DNA of 64,000 nucleotides from Iphione sp. A-MEVVRFRX5 (GCA_976226885.1 OZ320315.1:84382001-84446000); one strand, 5' to 3'; numbered from the stretch's first letter, positions 40,023 through 52,600 are shown. Program-made: numbers and translations. The notes: generated by a model not told the origin, from the letters alone.

Positions 40023-41442
40023 CCTAAGGTTGTCAAGAACATGGTCATTATATTACAGCCAGCCATCATTAGCTCCTCCCGGAAGTGAGCAAGGCGCATG
40101 TGCACATGGCCGGTCTTCGGTCATGCGCCTGGCTTCTCTGTCATCACGTGACATCCGGCGCCGCTGTCATGAGCAGGAGACAACATGTCCTTTTCGCGTG
40201 GTGAGATGGGTGTCAACTGCTAGGTCAACAGGCATACGCCCTCTCACGGATGAGGGGATAACCAAGCACACCTCCATCAACTTTTGTGATTCTACTCATT
40301 TCCCTCGTTTTCAGTGCACCAAGAACAATTTCTTACGATTATATGCTACATGACATGGTGATACTGAGCCAATGGTGCCTGCAGCAGGATTTGTAGGTAT
40401 AGTCGACTTTTAAGCACCTGCTGATATCGTAGGTCGTAAAGGTACGTTATGGTTGCACAGTTACGTGGTCACTTTGAAATGTACATGTACATGTATATAT
40501 CGCATGGACACGCTTAAGATCCCACCCGTGAGACCAACTGACATCGAATTCAAGACTGCAAATCGATCTCAGCTACCGGATTGCTCTTCCTCTACCCAGC
40601 AAGGCCAATGTGTGGCGCCTTATTCTCACGGACAATTGCTCAACTTCTATCGAAGTCCATGCACGATAGGCGGGGATCCAACAACCAAGATGCCATCTTC
40701 CCGCGGCGCCAAGCCCGTGTTCCTACTTCCCCTTGATGCCCGCAAGAGACGCAGGAAGGTGTTGCCTGAAGATGGTCCTTCAAGCGAATGAGAGGTTTGC
40801 GTGTCTTGGCAGTGGCCGGCTTCGACCTTAGTCGCGGTGGTCAGACAGACACAGGGGGGGAGCAAGCTCATTATCCAACTATCACATCCTCGTTACAGCA
40901 GCTGCCGATGGCGTCCTTATTATCGGGGAGAGCAAGTGGCTCATTGACCGATGCGCCAATTACTCAAAGAAATTAGACATTCCGCTATAGGAAGGATGTT
41001 CACATCAATAAGTTGCTCTAATCACTTCTTCTTCGACATGAGCCAAATTATCGACTACAGACTTCATGTACATATATGGGAGGCGACGGTACAGCAGGCT
41101 GGCTGATTTTTTTGTAACAGGAAGATCTATCTTACCTGTTATTTTTACACAGTAGTGGTCAGAAGGCACACAACTAGTTAAGTCATTTTCTCAATAGTCA
41201 CATATTTCCTTTCAGTAAGATAAATGCATTGAACCAATTCCTTCTTGTTCGTGCTCAAGAAATGATGATATCGACAATTACGATACGAATGAACAAAATA
41301 CCATTTCACCATAAAGGCTACTACGGAAAGCTGATTGAGTGGGATCCAAAATCGTCCTGTCTCTCTTTATTTTGATCTTCTTTTTAAAATGCAGGTTTCT
41401 CCTTGGACGTCATCACAAAATGAAGATGGACGATGCTCCGTC

Positions 41443-41586
41443 ATGCGACCGGCCGCTGGGATTTGGCTATTTCTCCTGGCGCAAGCTATGGCCGCGTCCC
41501 AAGCAGCAGACGTTGAACTGCGCATGTCAGACGCTAAGCAGACCGGACGTGACGCATTGTTCGCCGCACGCAACCAGGGATTATAA
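41443..41586 (+). CDS. Candidate 47-aa small ORF with a signal-peptide-like N-terminus
   Basis: MRPAAGIWLFLLAQAMAASQA-ADVELRMSDAKQTGRDALFAARNQGL, downstream of a pyrimidine-rich acceptor at 41394. No homology recognised. Confidence 0.2.
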   Translation: MRPAAGIWLFLLAQAMAASQAADVELRMSDAKQTGRDALFAARNQGL

Positions 41587-43717
41587 GACAAATTCGAACT
41601 CGGGCGGTGATGCTCCATTACTCTTTATTTCGTTTATCTTTGTGGGAAGAATTAACGTGTACATTCTGATCGTCCGTTTAAAATTATGACCCTTTGCGGT
41701 ATGGCCACGGTTAAAAGCACGCCAGATGAAAGACTAAAATGTGTGGGGTTGTACATGCAAATACATGCACCCGTTTCCTAATGCAGAAGACACCATGCTT
41801 CATGATTAAATCGCCCTGTCCCCTTTCACATACACATGCGCATGCGATGAATCGAACAAACAAACATTGCACTTTTAAACCACTTACTGCAACGGATATT
41901 GAGAAAATACTGTTCCGGAAAGAATTTTTTTTAAAAAAAAGAATGACATGTTTTCATGTTCTTTGACGGTGAAGTTGCCTCATTATTTGGCCTAGCTACT
42001 TGTATAATAAGGCGAGCAGGCCATCTCAGGGGAGAAGGTAGTAACTGTTCTTGCTGCATGAGGTGCTTTTCGAGGCAGGGGGGGGGTTGAAGCAATTCGC
42101 TGTACCAGGCAACATGCACAGGTGAGGGCGACTCCACTCACAACCATTTACCAAGCTCCATTAGTCTGGGGCTTGCGTGCGCGGCGGCAAAAAGCGGAGG
42201 TGTTGAGGCCAAGACAGTCTGCGGCCATTTGTCCTTGCCGGCCGCATGACAGCGATGGTTCGCTAATGAGACAAGTCGGAACCAGGAAGATCGTTGGCCA
42301 CGTGGCCGCAAGACGTGCTCCCGCCACCTTGCCCCCCAACCCCCAACCCCCTACCCCCACCCACCACCCCCCACCCCCATGGCCCGGCGCACAGGAGGCG
42401 GTACGATCGTCAACCCACGTCCTGCGCGGCCAAAGAGGCGGAGCCATGGCGCTTTACCGCTGGCACATTGCTGCTTCGGTTTACTTTCACTCATCCAGAA
42501 GCCATCCACCCGCCCACCCAATTGCGAACGCCCATATAACTTGCCATACGACAGGCGGATTCACTTTGCTGCTCTTTTCAAAGTGTGCAGGTTTTTTTTC
42601 ACTGCCCACAGCCTTTCAATAGTACCAGATACTGCCAGGTCCCACACATTGTTGGAATTTTCTTTTAAACGGTTCTATTCATGCTTGTGCGTTTTTTTTT
42701 AAGCTGAGAAAAGGCTCCTGAAATATTGCTCTAAAATACGACAAGCATGCTGAAGATGACAAGGCTATTTCATAGGGATTCCTTTGCAATGACGCTGTAC
42801 CCTGTTAACAGATGACCTCAAAATTCGCGAAGCATTTTCTAAATCATATGAAGCAGAGCAAAAGGCATTTCACGTTCAATCCCTATATGTAAAAGGTATG
42901 TACTTAGTTGCAACAGTATTCTATTTCCGGGACTAAACCATCCTCAAAAATTGGCAAATTTTGATCCTTAGAAACTCTATATATCTGGAATTAAATCTCA
43001 TAATGTGTCCTCACTTGTATAACCATAGACCTGTTTTTTTCTGAGAATCCCAATCATTTTCTATTTATACACGTCTTGGTCAATATAAACGTAGTTCATC
43101 AGCTTTCCGTAAGAAAATCTATTCATGGAAATAAAGTGTTCCTGGAAATGGCTAAATTCGGGTATTATGAAACTATTGACTTGGAATGCAGTACGCGGAA
43201 GATCTAACGATGGGGAACGGCCCACACGTGAGAGCTGGAGGAAAGGCCAACAAGCCTCTATTGAATTCATAGTGACATCACGGGTGGCGAGGTTTATTTT
43301 CACTATGGCTTACACGTGTATGGCTGTGTTAACACTTAAGTTTTTAACATCATTTTTTCCACAAGGTTACATAACGAAGAAAGAGTAACTATCTACAGAA
43401 AACATGCAAAATGGCCGCAAGATACACAGCAGTTAAAGGAGATACTAAATAATCGTTGAATAGAGACAGATAGGTCCAGTGGATTAGAGCTATTGTTAAT
43501 ATTAAAACAGACGTATAGATGGGTCTGAAAACTTAGGAATAGCCTAACTGGTTGGCGGTGGAGAAAAGATCAGTGTCCAAGAAAAACAGAAATAAGAAAG
43601 AATTGGAAGGATAGTGGCCTGCGAATAATCTCGGAGACAGACAATGACAAACAGAGAGAGACAGACATAGAGAGAGAGACAGGGGGAGACAGAGAGGAGA
43701 TAGAGACAGAGAGACAG

Positions 43718-43719
<2 letters not shown>

Positions 43720-43779
<60 letters not shown>
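43720..43779 (+). repeat. (GA)n microsatellite
   Basis: Pure dinucleotide run. Confidence 0.95.
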
Positions 43780-43784
<5 letters not shown>

Positions 43785-43937
43785 CCAATGTTGTCCGTCT
43801 CGCCCTGTATAGATGGGTCTAAATACCTGGGAAAATTGGCTGGCGGTGGAGAAAAGATGTCAAGAACATCGTCAAGGAAAAACAGAAATACGCAAGAATT
43901 GGAAGGATAGTGACCAGGGAATAATCTCGGAGGCAGA

Positions 43938-43940
<3 letters not shown>

Positions 43941-44021
<81 letters not shown>
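43941..44021 (+). repeat. (GA)n microsatellite
   Basis: Pure dinucleotide run. Confidence 0.95.
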
Positions 44022-44023
<2 letters not shown>

Positions 44024-45149
44024 CTTTGCTCGCTGGGGCCAGTGTTGTCCGTCTCGCCTCTAATGATGTAGGGCGGAAGCGGCCTGCATTTCCGACACGG
44101 CTGCCAGTTGCGGGGCCCCGCTCTGTCGCTGCCGACGACGACCACACGCCTACCGTCGCCGCCGCCTACTAGGAGGGCGTGGTTCACATTACCAGCGCCT
44201 TTGATCTCGCTCCAACCGCCACCAATCCGGCCGCACCTCCTCCTGTGACTGGCTAGCGCTGACGGAATGCCTACCCGAGATCTGCTCCTTATTAACGCTC
44301 AATTTTAGCTAAAGATTGAAATTTTTATTTCTCCTTGCTCAAAAGAAGCAACAAAAAAACATGACGAAGTATGACTCTCTAAGGATTGATTCAGCAGTGC
44401 GAATCTTGTTTTACAGTAGAGGAACTGTTTACGTGAGTCCCTGCGAGGGAAGGCCATGTTTAAACCCAGATGTATAAACGGAGCGGTCAGTTGCACATAT
44501 GGCGGGCTGTAAATGTTACTTGTCAGTGTGTAACGTGTTACCAAGGCCCAGCCAGGCGATGCATCATCCCGAAAGCGACTCATGAGAAGGATAACATGGG
44601 GGCAAGCATGTAAAGGCATTAGTCACGCTTTGTGAGATGTAGCGTGTATCAATGTGAATACTGTGGGGACATGTCAGTGCAAAAGTTTTATCCCGGTACG
44701 CCATGAAAACATAGCTCCTCACTAGACTCAGCCGGGTGGAGAATCCATTTTACTATGTAGAATCTTGAGGCTTCTGCAGGAGCGTTTGGGAAACAAAACC
44801 GACACCTTGACAAAAGGTGTGTATATATCTTTGTAATATGAGGCCAATGTTATACGGTTCCTCCCCTTTCGCTTTGCTATAGGTTTTCTTCAGGGTCGAT
44901 TCAATATGCTGGCACCTCACTTAAGCAGGCCGTTACATTCGCCCTCTCGTCGGATGCTCTTTAATTTACATGAATGATCCGCGGTTGACGCCAGGGCTCC
45001 GTATCACCTTACAGCAGGCAATGTCCGGTCCAAAAAGAAGTGTCGCAAACTGTGCTGGCGCCCGGGCGTCGCCTTTATGGAGGTGGGGGGGGGGGCATGG
45101 GCGCCGCGAATGCTCGGCGCCACCGCCGCTGATGAAGAAATATATCCCA

Positions 45150-45163
45150 CCACGAGGTGGCGC
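45150..45163 (+). promoter_or_regulatory. CTCF-like motif
   Basis: CCACGAGGTGGCGC. Confidence 0.4.
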
Positions 45164-46004
45164 CACACACTCGCCGTCGGTGGTATATCCGGCTACCGAC
45201 GGGGGCTCGTGATCCTTCGCGCGCGGTCGCCAAGGTAACCCCAGAAAATGGCGCATTAGATTCATTAGTTGTGCTTGGCAGTGTTGGCACCGAGTAGGCC
45301 TGAAGGCGACGGAATGAAGGCGCTGGGCCGAAAAGGTTGCAGGGTGGGGTCCCCATCTAAGGGTTATTTGACTGGAGGATTTAGCGCGTAGGCCAACGGT
45401 GAATAAGGCAGTGGGGGTCGTCGGATGGCCAATCAGAGTCGAGCCGGTCCCCCCATCCCCACCCCAATCTTCCCAACACATACACCGACCACACCTAAAA
45501 CACCATTAGGGCCAGTACTTTGCCGTCTACCTAGGCAGGTAAGATTGGAAGCATGAGCTGTGTATATCACCTGGTGGCGGGCCGCCGAACCAGAGGATCA
45601 AAGGCGGTAACATCTGACAGCTGAGATGAGGGTTATTTCACCTGAGAGCGCTTTCCAAGAGTTGAGAGTACGAAAGGTGTGATGGGTTGGAAGTGTATAG
45701 ACACCTCCTAGGCGGTACCACGCGAGGTGGCCCTCGTCCATCCACACTCAGGCATCTCACCTTAATACCTGGAGTTAATCATCTTGTCTTGCCTCCAGAA
45801 ATGTCACGTCATCTGGAGTTACGGCGTTTATATGGGTCAAAACAGGAAACAGACTGATTGTCTTCTACCATTAACACCCCTCAATACATTTCTAACATTT
45901 ATTCCCTGACAACCAGATGCCAATGCTATTCGGAGAACGGATGGCCTTTAGAGAGCTGAACACGAAGCAGCGGGAGGTATCAGAGGAACCCGCCGACAAT
46001 TTTT

Positions 46005-46679
46005 TTAATGTGAGGATTTACATTTGAAGTGATATTGAGGTAAATGCGATGTTTCAAAGAGAACAGCTCTGGGGGTATGGCAATATTGACAACAAAAGCC
46101 TGGGAATTGCATCTGGTAGGTCCCCCGGGGGCACCCTATGACGAGCACTGCGCCTCTTAAGAGAAACGGAGGCCTGACCCCTGAGGTGGCCAGCCTCTCG
46201 CCCCGCCTCAGGCCGCTAGCGCCCAGAGGTGCGGCCAGGGACCACTCGGGATCATAATGCCATACCAACAACATCAATTTCTGGTATTTTATCAGGAAAA
46301 ACGGCCTTGGCTCCCGAAGGGGAAGGGCCAGTCGAATGTAGGAATGGCGTAGGGGAAGGATGGGGGTTAGCGCGGAAGGCCCCGGAGGCGGAGAGAAGGA
46401 GAAGAGCCAAGAGCCGCACTGCGCACGAGTCAATTTGGCGAAGAAATCAAGAGCGATATCCTCTGTTTCCTCCAGGGAGGGCCGGGAGGAAAGTGAATGA
46501 CGGTCGGAGCTGCATCCAGAGGAGCTGGGCGGCTGTGGCTCAGATAGACTCGGTCGAAATCCAAAGCCACGACCAGTTAGATGTAAAATGACCCATGTGT
46601 CATTATTTCCACTATCACTCTTCCTGGGGAAAATGCTGCTCCTTACATATTCCATATAAAACGCCGTAAAAGAAATCAT
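46005..46679 (-). CDS. 224-codon open frame; possible coding exon or chance ORF
   Basis: Second-longest ORF. The segment RPSLSEPQPPSSSGCSSDRHSLSSRPSLEETEDIALDFFAKLTRAQ looks protein-like, and there is a possible acceptor gcattttccccag. No family recognised. Confidence 0.2.
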   Translation of the reverse strand: MISFTAFYMEYVRSSIFPRKSDSGNNDTWVILHLTGRGFGFRPSLSEPQPPSSSGCSSDRHSLSSRPSLEETEDIALDFFAKLTRAQCGSWLFSFSPPPGPSALTPILPLRHSYIRLALPLREPRPFFLIKYQKLMLLVWHYDPEWSLAAPLGASGLRRGERLATSGVRPPFLLRGAVLVIGCPRGTYQMQFPGFCCQYCHTPRAVLFETSHLPQYHFKCKSSH

Positions 46680-48343
46680 GTTTAATACACGCTGCTTTGC
46701 GTATTTCTCATGAGAATTGTGTGATCACCTCATTATCTGAACCGGGAACTATAAAAACTGAGTGATTGAGATATAATTATTTTCATTTTTTAAAAGTGTT
46801 TTTGAGGGACGTCAAATGCGATACAGCGTTTCCAACGATTACAAACCACGAAGCTGAAATTGAATGTTTTTCTCCCTTCCTCCTGCATCAGTTATACATT
46901 TATCTCTGGTGATCCCGCCACCTTAGTATACTGTTCAGCCCTGGCTGGTGGATCCGAGCAACTCAGAGGCCTTCCGAGCGAAAATAGAGTCGATCGTTGA
47001 TCTGTCAGCCTTCGTCATCCGGTCATCCATCAATCACTAATTATTCACTCGTCACCCAAAGCCAACCGCTGCGTACACCTTCCTGCAGAACGACCGAATA
47101 ATGAGGCGCACCGAATAGTTCCCTTTTTTTGCTATTGGCGGGTTATTTGTGGCGTTGATCAGCGCGCGCGGCTCCATGCGACCCGGCTGACACCTGGTGA
47201 TGGATGATGTTTGCGTTGAGTACGGAGGCTTCCTGTGTGTATTTGTCTCCCCAATCACCGACGGTGCTTCAATGATCGTACACTGATGGGCGATATGATG
47301 TTATGAACCTCGAAAGCCCGTGGAAGGCTATACCTGAGGAGCTTCAAACATCAACTCACCAAGAGATAATGGCCATCGTGTGGATCACGAACCAAGAGGA
47401 AGGAGACGAACAGGATGGGGGCAGATGCTGAACAATTAGTGGAGTGTGAAGAAATACGTGGTTATGCCCTTCAGTGTTGAACACGAGCGCCCTGTTATGA
47501 CCACAAAAGTAGCGAGGGGAACTGGTCATTAGGTCTAAATAGATCCTGACCCAGGGCCATATTGACCGGTTTCCATGTTGACCAGGAACAGGGAAGCAAG
47601 GCACAGGGGGGTAGGGGGACGGGGGTACACTGCGCTTATACGACCGATTGCTTTAGGGCCTTGTATCACTTTCCGAATGACAAGAACATCGATATATCAT
47701 CTTGGCGGCGCCAGAAAGACACGCTGTCCTCTCGGAAAGCCAAAGAGTGATAGGAAGGGCTCGGAGGAAGGACTTGGCGCATGTTTTTGTTAGCCCTGAA
47801 TTTTATGGATTGCCTCATGACGATGAGGTGTGCTGCTACGGAGGAAGGGGTCTATGACATTCTTGATGGATCAGTCCGGAGGGGTATAGCTAGGACTGGC
47901 CGTCAAATTGTTGACCAACCTCACTGGCCGCACTGGCCGCCCAGCCCCACACCGCTTGAAAGAGTTCTCCGGGTGCTTTGATCTCCTGTGGGCATCACAC
48001 AGTCAAGGATAGCTTATCAGAGCACGGAGCTCAGGCTGCCTCCCCCTGGGTCGGTGCCCTGTTACTTTGGCTGTCTAGTTTATTAGGCCCGTGGCGGGTA
48101 CCAGTCCACTCTGGATGATTAGCCTCCTGTGGGGATTCTATCCGGGTACCCGGCGTCCATTCCACCCAGGTGGGCTTTGATCCTGGCGACTCCAGGTGGG
48201 TGCGGTGGAGACACGCTCCGTCGGGGAATTGGTTGCCATGGCGATATGGGGAACTGGCGGGCTGGTATCTATAACATTCTGTGGTGCCTGGACTGGGCAC
48301 TAGGGGGTCTTCTGATGTTTGCCCTCCAACTGTCATATTCTGA

Positions 48344-48431
48344 AGGTCATGTTACATGCACGATCGTGCTAATGCCTCTAGGGTGGCCCACCAAGGTCAT
48401 CTATGATCAGGAAAGGTCATGGCAAAGGTCA
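48344..48431 (+). promoter_or_regulatory. Cluster of four co-oriented AAGGTCA nuclear-receptor half-sites
   Basis: AGGTCA at 48344, 48394, 48414 and 48426. The last two are AAAGGTCA. Confidence 0.5.
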
Positions 48432-49557
48432 GACTGGAAGGCGTCACAAGCGACACTAAAAAAAGACACCCTCCCTGAGAACATAACAATACTTTAATTA
48501 AAACGTGCAGACATGTTGCTAAAAGAAGCATAAAAGGCTCGATGTCTTACATGGCACACATACAATTCCATAGATTTATGATAAATAAAATGGCCGTTGA
48601 AGGTGATGTACCATTATGTACGACTGTTCTAAATATAAATTCATTTAGGACAGACAGAAAAATATAGCTTGTACGAAGCCTACGCTTTGTGTTCTGATTA
48701 TATGAAGTTCTCAGATACATCCTAAACCTATACATGTAAAACCATGTTAATTATATTCAGATCTCTCCAAAATGAAACGTATAGACAAAAAATGTCTCTC
48801 TCGTCGGATCTGGTCAGCCTTGTGATACTTGCAGGAGGTGGTCTCGTCTATCCAGAGCAGCTCCAGGTCAAAGGGATGACATGTGGTGGTCTGTCTGCAG
48901 CCTTCACCAGATACATATTTTCAAACTTACACTCATACCAACACTCACACCAACCAACAACGATTTACAGGAACTAGCATAACCCAGGTCAAGGCGTCAA
49001 TACATGTTAGAACCACGTTGGGTGCGACGGGGAGCAGGTGTGAGAAAGATATCTGGGATCAAAAGTCGGCTACAGATTCCACCTATGTGGCGAATGTCCT
49101 GAATTTGTACCACACCCTGGACCATCAATTATGCGGCTAAAACTCAAAGCTAAATTATTGAGCGTAACTTTGTTATAATTTTAATAATCGGCTGAAGAAA
49201 TTTTCCACGTCAGGATTATGAAGACTGATTTTGCTTTTCAGACAGCAGTCATTACCCGTTTTGACTAGATATCCTCCACCATGTTTCGTATCATTTATAC
49301 CAATATATCATCGTGGGCTATTAATTAAAATCTAAAGTGACAACCAAAGCATGTCAGAACTGTCAAACATCTGTCTTAAACTTGGGCCAAGCAGTAATAA
49401 ATCACAAGAAAACATGGTTCACCACGTCAGTTATATCACCATATGCTTCACATGAAAAGGTATTTCGTCACCGAGTTTAATAAGCAGCGACATAGATAAT
49501 GCTTCACACAAGTTTTAGAGATATTTTTCAGATGAGAATTGCTTTCAAATTACTTAC

Positions 49558-49619
49558 ATCCACATGCGTTCCCCGACGTTGTTGAATCAGCGAACACGGA
49601 GGCAGAAATGGCAACTTAC
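49558..49619 (-). other. Recursive-splice-site-like junction with a 62-nt RS-exon
   Basis: ctcactgtctgtcatatttgtcttttcag|GTAAGTT ... GGAT|gtaagt. Confidence 0.5.
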
Positions 49620-52600
49620 CTGAAAAGACAAATATGACAGACAGTGAGCGTTGTAAATTGCTTTCCCCGCTCCATACAGAGAAAAGACATTCAGTAATGA
49701 TACACGTTCATGTAGGAGCAGTAATAGTCTCGGCTTACCACATAGACAAACAGGTCTGGTGAAATGTACATCTATATATGATTCGGAACTGTTTCTACTC
49801 AAAGGGTCGTGTCAAAATGGAACTTCATATTAACTAAAAAAGTAGACGTACAAACAGTTTTGCACGTCAGACACAACAGCTCATACGTCTCGTAAGGACA
49901 AAGACAGCGCAGTGAATTATTGCTGACCGGGCTTGAACATTTCAAGCTAATCATGAAGCGTATTTGTGTTCCACCTATGGATGATTGTCGCTGCTGTCCA
50001 GCTGGGCTGCTCGGTGTGAACACAGCCACACACCACTGCCTTTCTCCCTGCTGACAGTAAACCCTCGCTAGTCAGTCCTCCAACCGAAAGGCCCAGGCCA
50101 CCCACTGTTCCTCTTTTGTCCTAGGGAATATTAATCTTCAGCCACAGCCATGTGTGACCAGGCGCGGGGGATATTTCATTTTTTTGTCATCCACCTTAAC
50201 TCATCAATCAGGGATTAAACTGGGGTTAATGGCCGTGTCAGTTGGGGCCTTGCGGGCACCAAAGTTGCCAGCGGGTGACAGAGCAGCGAGATGAGACCAA
50301 ACCTTGTCAGTCTGTCCCAGCGTACCCAGGCATGGTGGCCAGCTGTACGCTCTAGAGCAGAATGAAAAGCATTCTGGCATTATTTGGCCGTACGTTTCAA
50401 GAGTGAATTGATTAAGCGGCAACTTCACCACCAACCGTCTATTGTAATCTCGTGAACCACTGAAAGAACCCTACAAGTGTGACAACAGCTTTTGTGCTGT
50501 TGACTGTAAAAAATCATATTCACTGAGCCGTAAGCAAGTTTTGAAATGAAATGTATGTATAAGTAATTTTTCAAGTCAAAATATTTTTGAAAACGAATGA
50601 TACTGCGTACATATATGTATATCAGCACATTTCTGCTAGAAAATCCTATTCCATATGCATCCATGCATTTTTTTCTATAAATATGAAACAAACCTATCAC
50701 AATTACAAATTGTTACTACCCAACAATGTCCACCTATTTCACATTCTGTAAGACGTCTCATCGCGAGTTGTGACGAAGAAGGTTCCACTCTATCGTACGA
50801 AGTTGGCGTGAAGATGCGTGTGAATCTATTATTACTGCCACGTACTTTAGCTATGTGTATGTACGCGCGGTTCCTTCATTTGCATACAGCCTGTGGTACC
50901 ATTCGCATCCTCTGTATCAAAGTAGTCACCGAGGTCAGCAAAGGTGGTCGAGGCGTCGGAGTAATACGTAACCTAGCATATGGATGTACAGAGCCTGGGA
51001 GAGAACCTCCTTGGCCAGTGTATGTATAGTGGGGCCAGCTGCCCCTATAGGGTTATGAATTCAAGGCAGCCACACAGGCGAACGACGTAGGGCGCCCTCT
51101 GACAGGCGCGTTCTGAAGCTGTCAGCTCTGACCAGCGTCTGCCATTATTCATCCGACGTCCGGGCGGGTGTGATGGACGAGTTGCCACACGGACAGCAGA
51201 TGTCAGCAGTGCTGAGCAAGTTAGAGGTACAAGTAAGACTGTGGCAACCTACTGGGTAAGTGGTGGGAAGGAGAAGGTGTCCCTGCTTCGTGTATTTCAG
51301 AATCAATCCCTTCTTTATGCACATAGCTCATACATGTTTCCCTGAACGAAAGAATCATCCAGAGTCACACCTCTAAAAGATAAACCATTGTCTTCAAAAA
51401 GAGAATTTCAGATGACCTACCAACGATATTTGGTATTGTCGTGCTTAATAAAAGATACGATGGCATAATTGTCGGTACTGAAACTATCTTAACTGCTATG
51501 TCGCCATTCAACCTGTCTAATATTTGATTGATCAATTGCTGAAAGACAGAATTTAACAAGAGTGCTTCGACTGTATATCCGTGATGGGGACACTCCGGAT
51601 TCAATATCCAATAAAGGAAACTTGGAAACTGAAAATATAAATGGGACACTAAACTGCGATTCAACGTGCTGATAATTCGTCAGCTGAGTTGTTAGGCAGA
51701 TAAGCTGTTAACCTATAAATGTCCTATCACCTGTGGCCTTGAAAGTATGGAATCCAGGAGAAAACATCTTAGTCATTATACTACTTGAATAGGCGCGTTA
51801 CATAATTTTCACTCCTTCTGCACATCCTGACGACATGCAGTCCAATTTCTCTTGTAAAACATCACCGTTTCTTCTGGGGAGAAAAAGCGGTCATCAGAGG
51901 CCATACGCTTTTATATTTATTTGTGTGGCATAGCCCCTCGGACCACAGCTGGGAAAACGTCCCTTCACCATTCCCTGTCAAACCGACACTGGTCATAAAA
52001 ATTGCAGGAGACTCAAAGAAATCAGTACCAAGGGTTTCCTTTGTCTTTTCCTTTCAGCAGCTCAGCACCGGAACTAACCTTTGTCAGAGCGAGACTGACT
52101 TCCGGCGTCCTAGGTTACGCATGCGCGAGAGGAGTCAAGTTGATTTAGCTGCGCAGATGGCAATTACAGTGTCATCAGCATTTATAATCCCGTTCCATTA
52201 TATCTTCAGAATTAATTTTTTTCTGCTTGGGTGGGAAGGATAACTTCGTTTGATGAGGCATCGGTTGCACTGGTTAAAATGTGTAGGGGGGAAAATGACA
52301 CGGGAAGAAAATTTTACTTCAAAATAGTTGCGAAGAACGTTCGCAGAAAATATATTCCGCATGGAAAGCACTATTTGCTGTGCACAATAATGCGAAGATC
52401 AGCATAATTAAAAAGGGTATGATTCATGTACTTTTGCAGCCTCCAATTAGATTAACATAGGTGAGGCTGTATTTAAAGTAATTGGAGAGTGTTCCGTTGT
52501 TCTTGCCACCAGAAGGAGGAGGAGCAGGAGAAGAAGCAAGGAAGCAAGAGGCTGATGGGTGTTGGAGGAGCCGTTGAAGAGCTGCTCGCCTTGACCAAAG

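Larger units (their letters stand above)
43513..44058 (+). repeat. Diverged tandem duplication (units 43513-43806 and 43807-44058), each containing a (GA)n tract
   Basis: Blocks shared in the same order: gtatagatgggtct, tggcggtggagaaaagat, gaaaaacagaaata, aagaattggaaggatagtg, aataatctcggag, (GA)n, tgttgtccgtctcgcc. Confidence 0.9.

Noticed and set aside
41125-41150. AACAG|GTAAGA on the minus strand as a third recursive site
   Set aside because: There is no polypyrimidine tract upstream of the AG.
43570-44187. ORFs with SLSLSL or ERERER runs (also at 60366-60889 and 62920-63269)
   Set aside because: These are translations of (GA)n/(GACA)n microsatellites.
51365-51664. 99-aa ORF containing CPHHG and FQQLINQILDRL, reminiscent of retroelement gag
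   Set aside because: Too short, with no adjacent protease/RT/integrase or LTRs recognisable. It would need BLASTX to revive.
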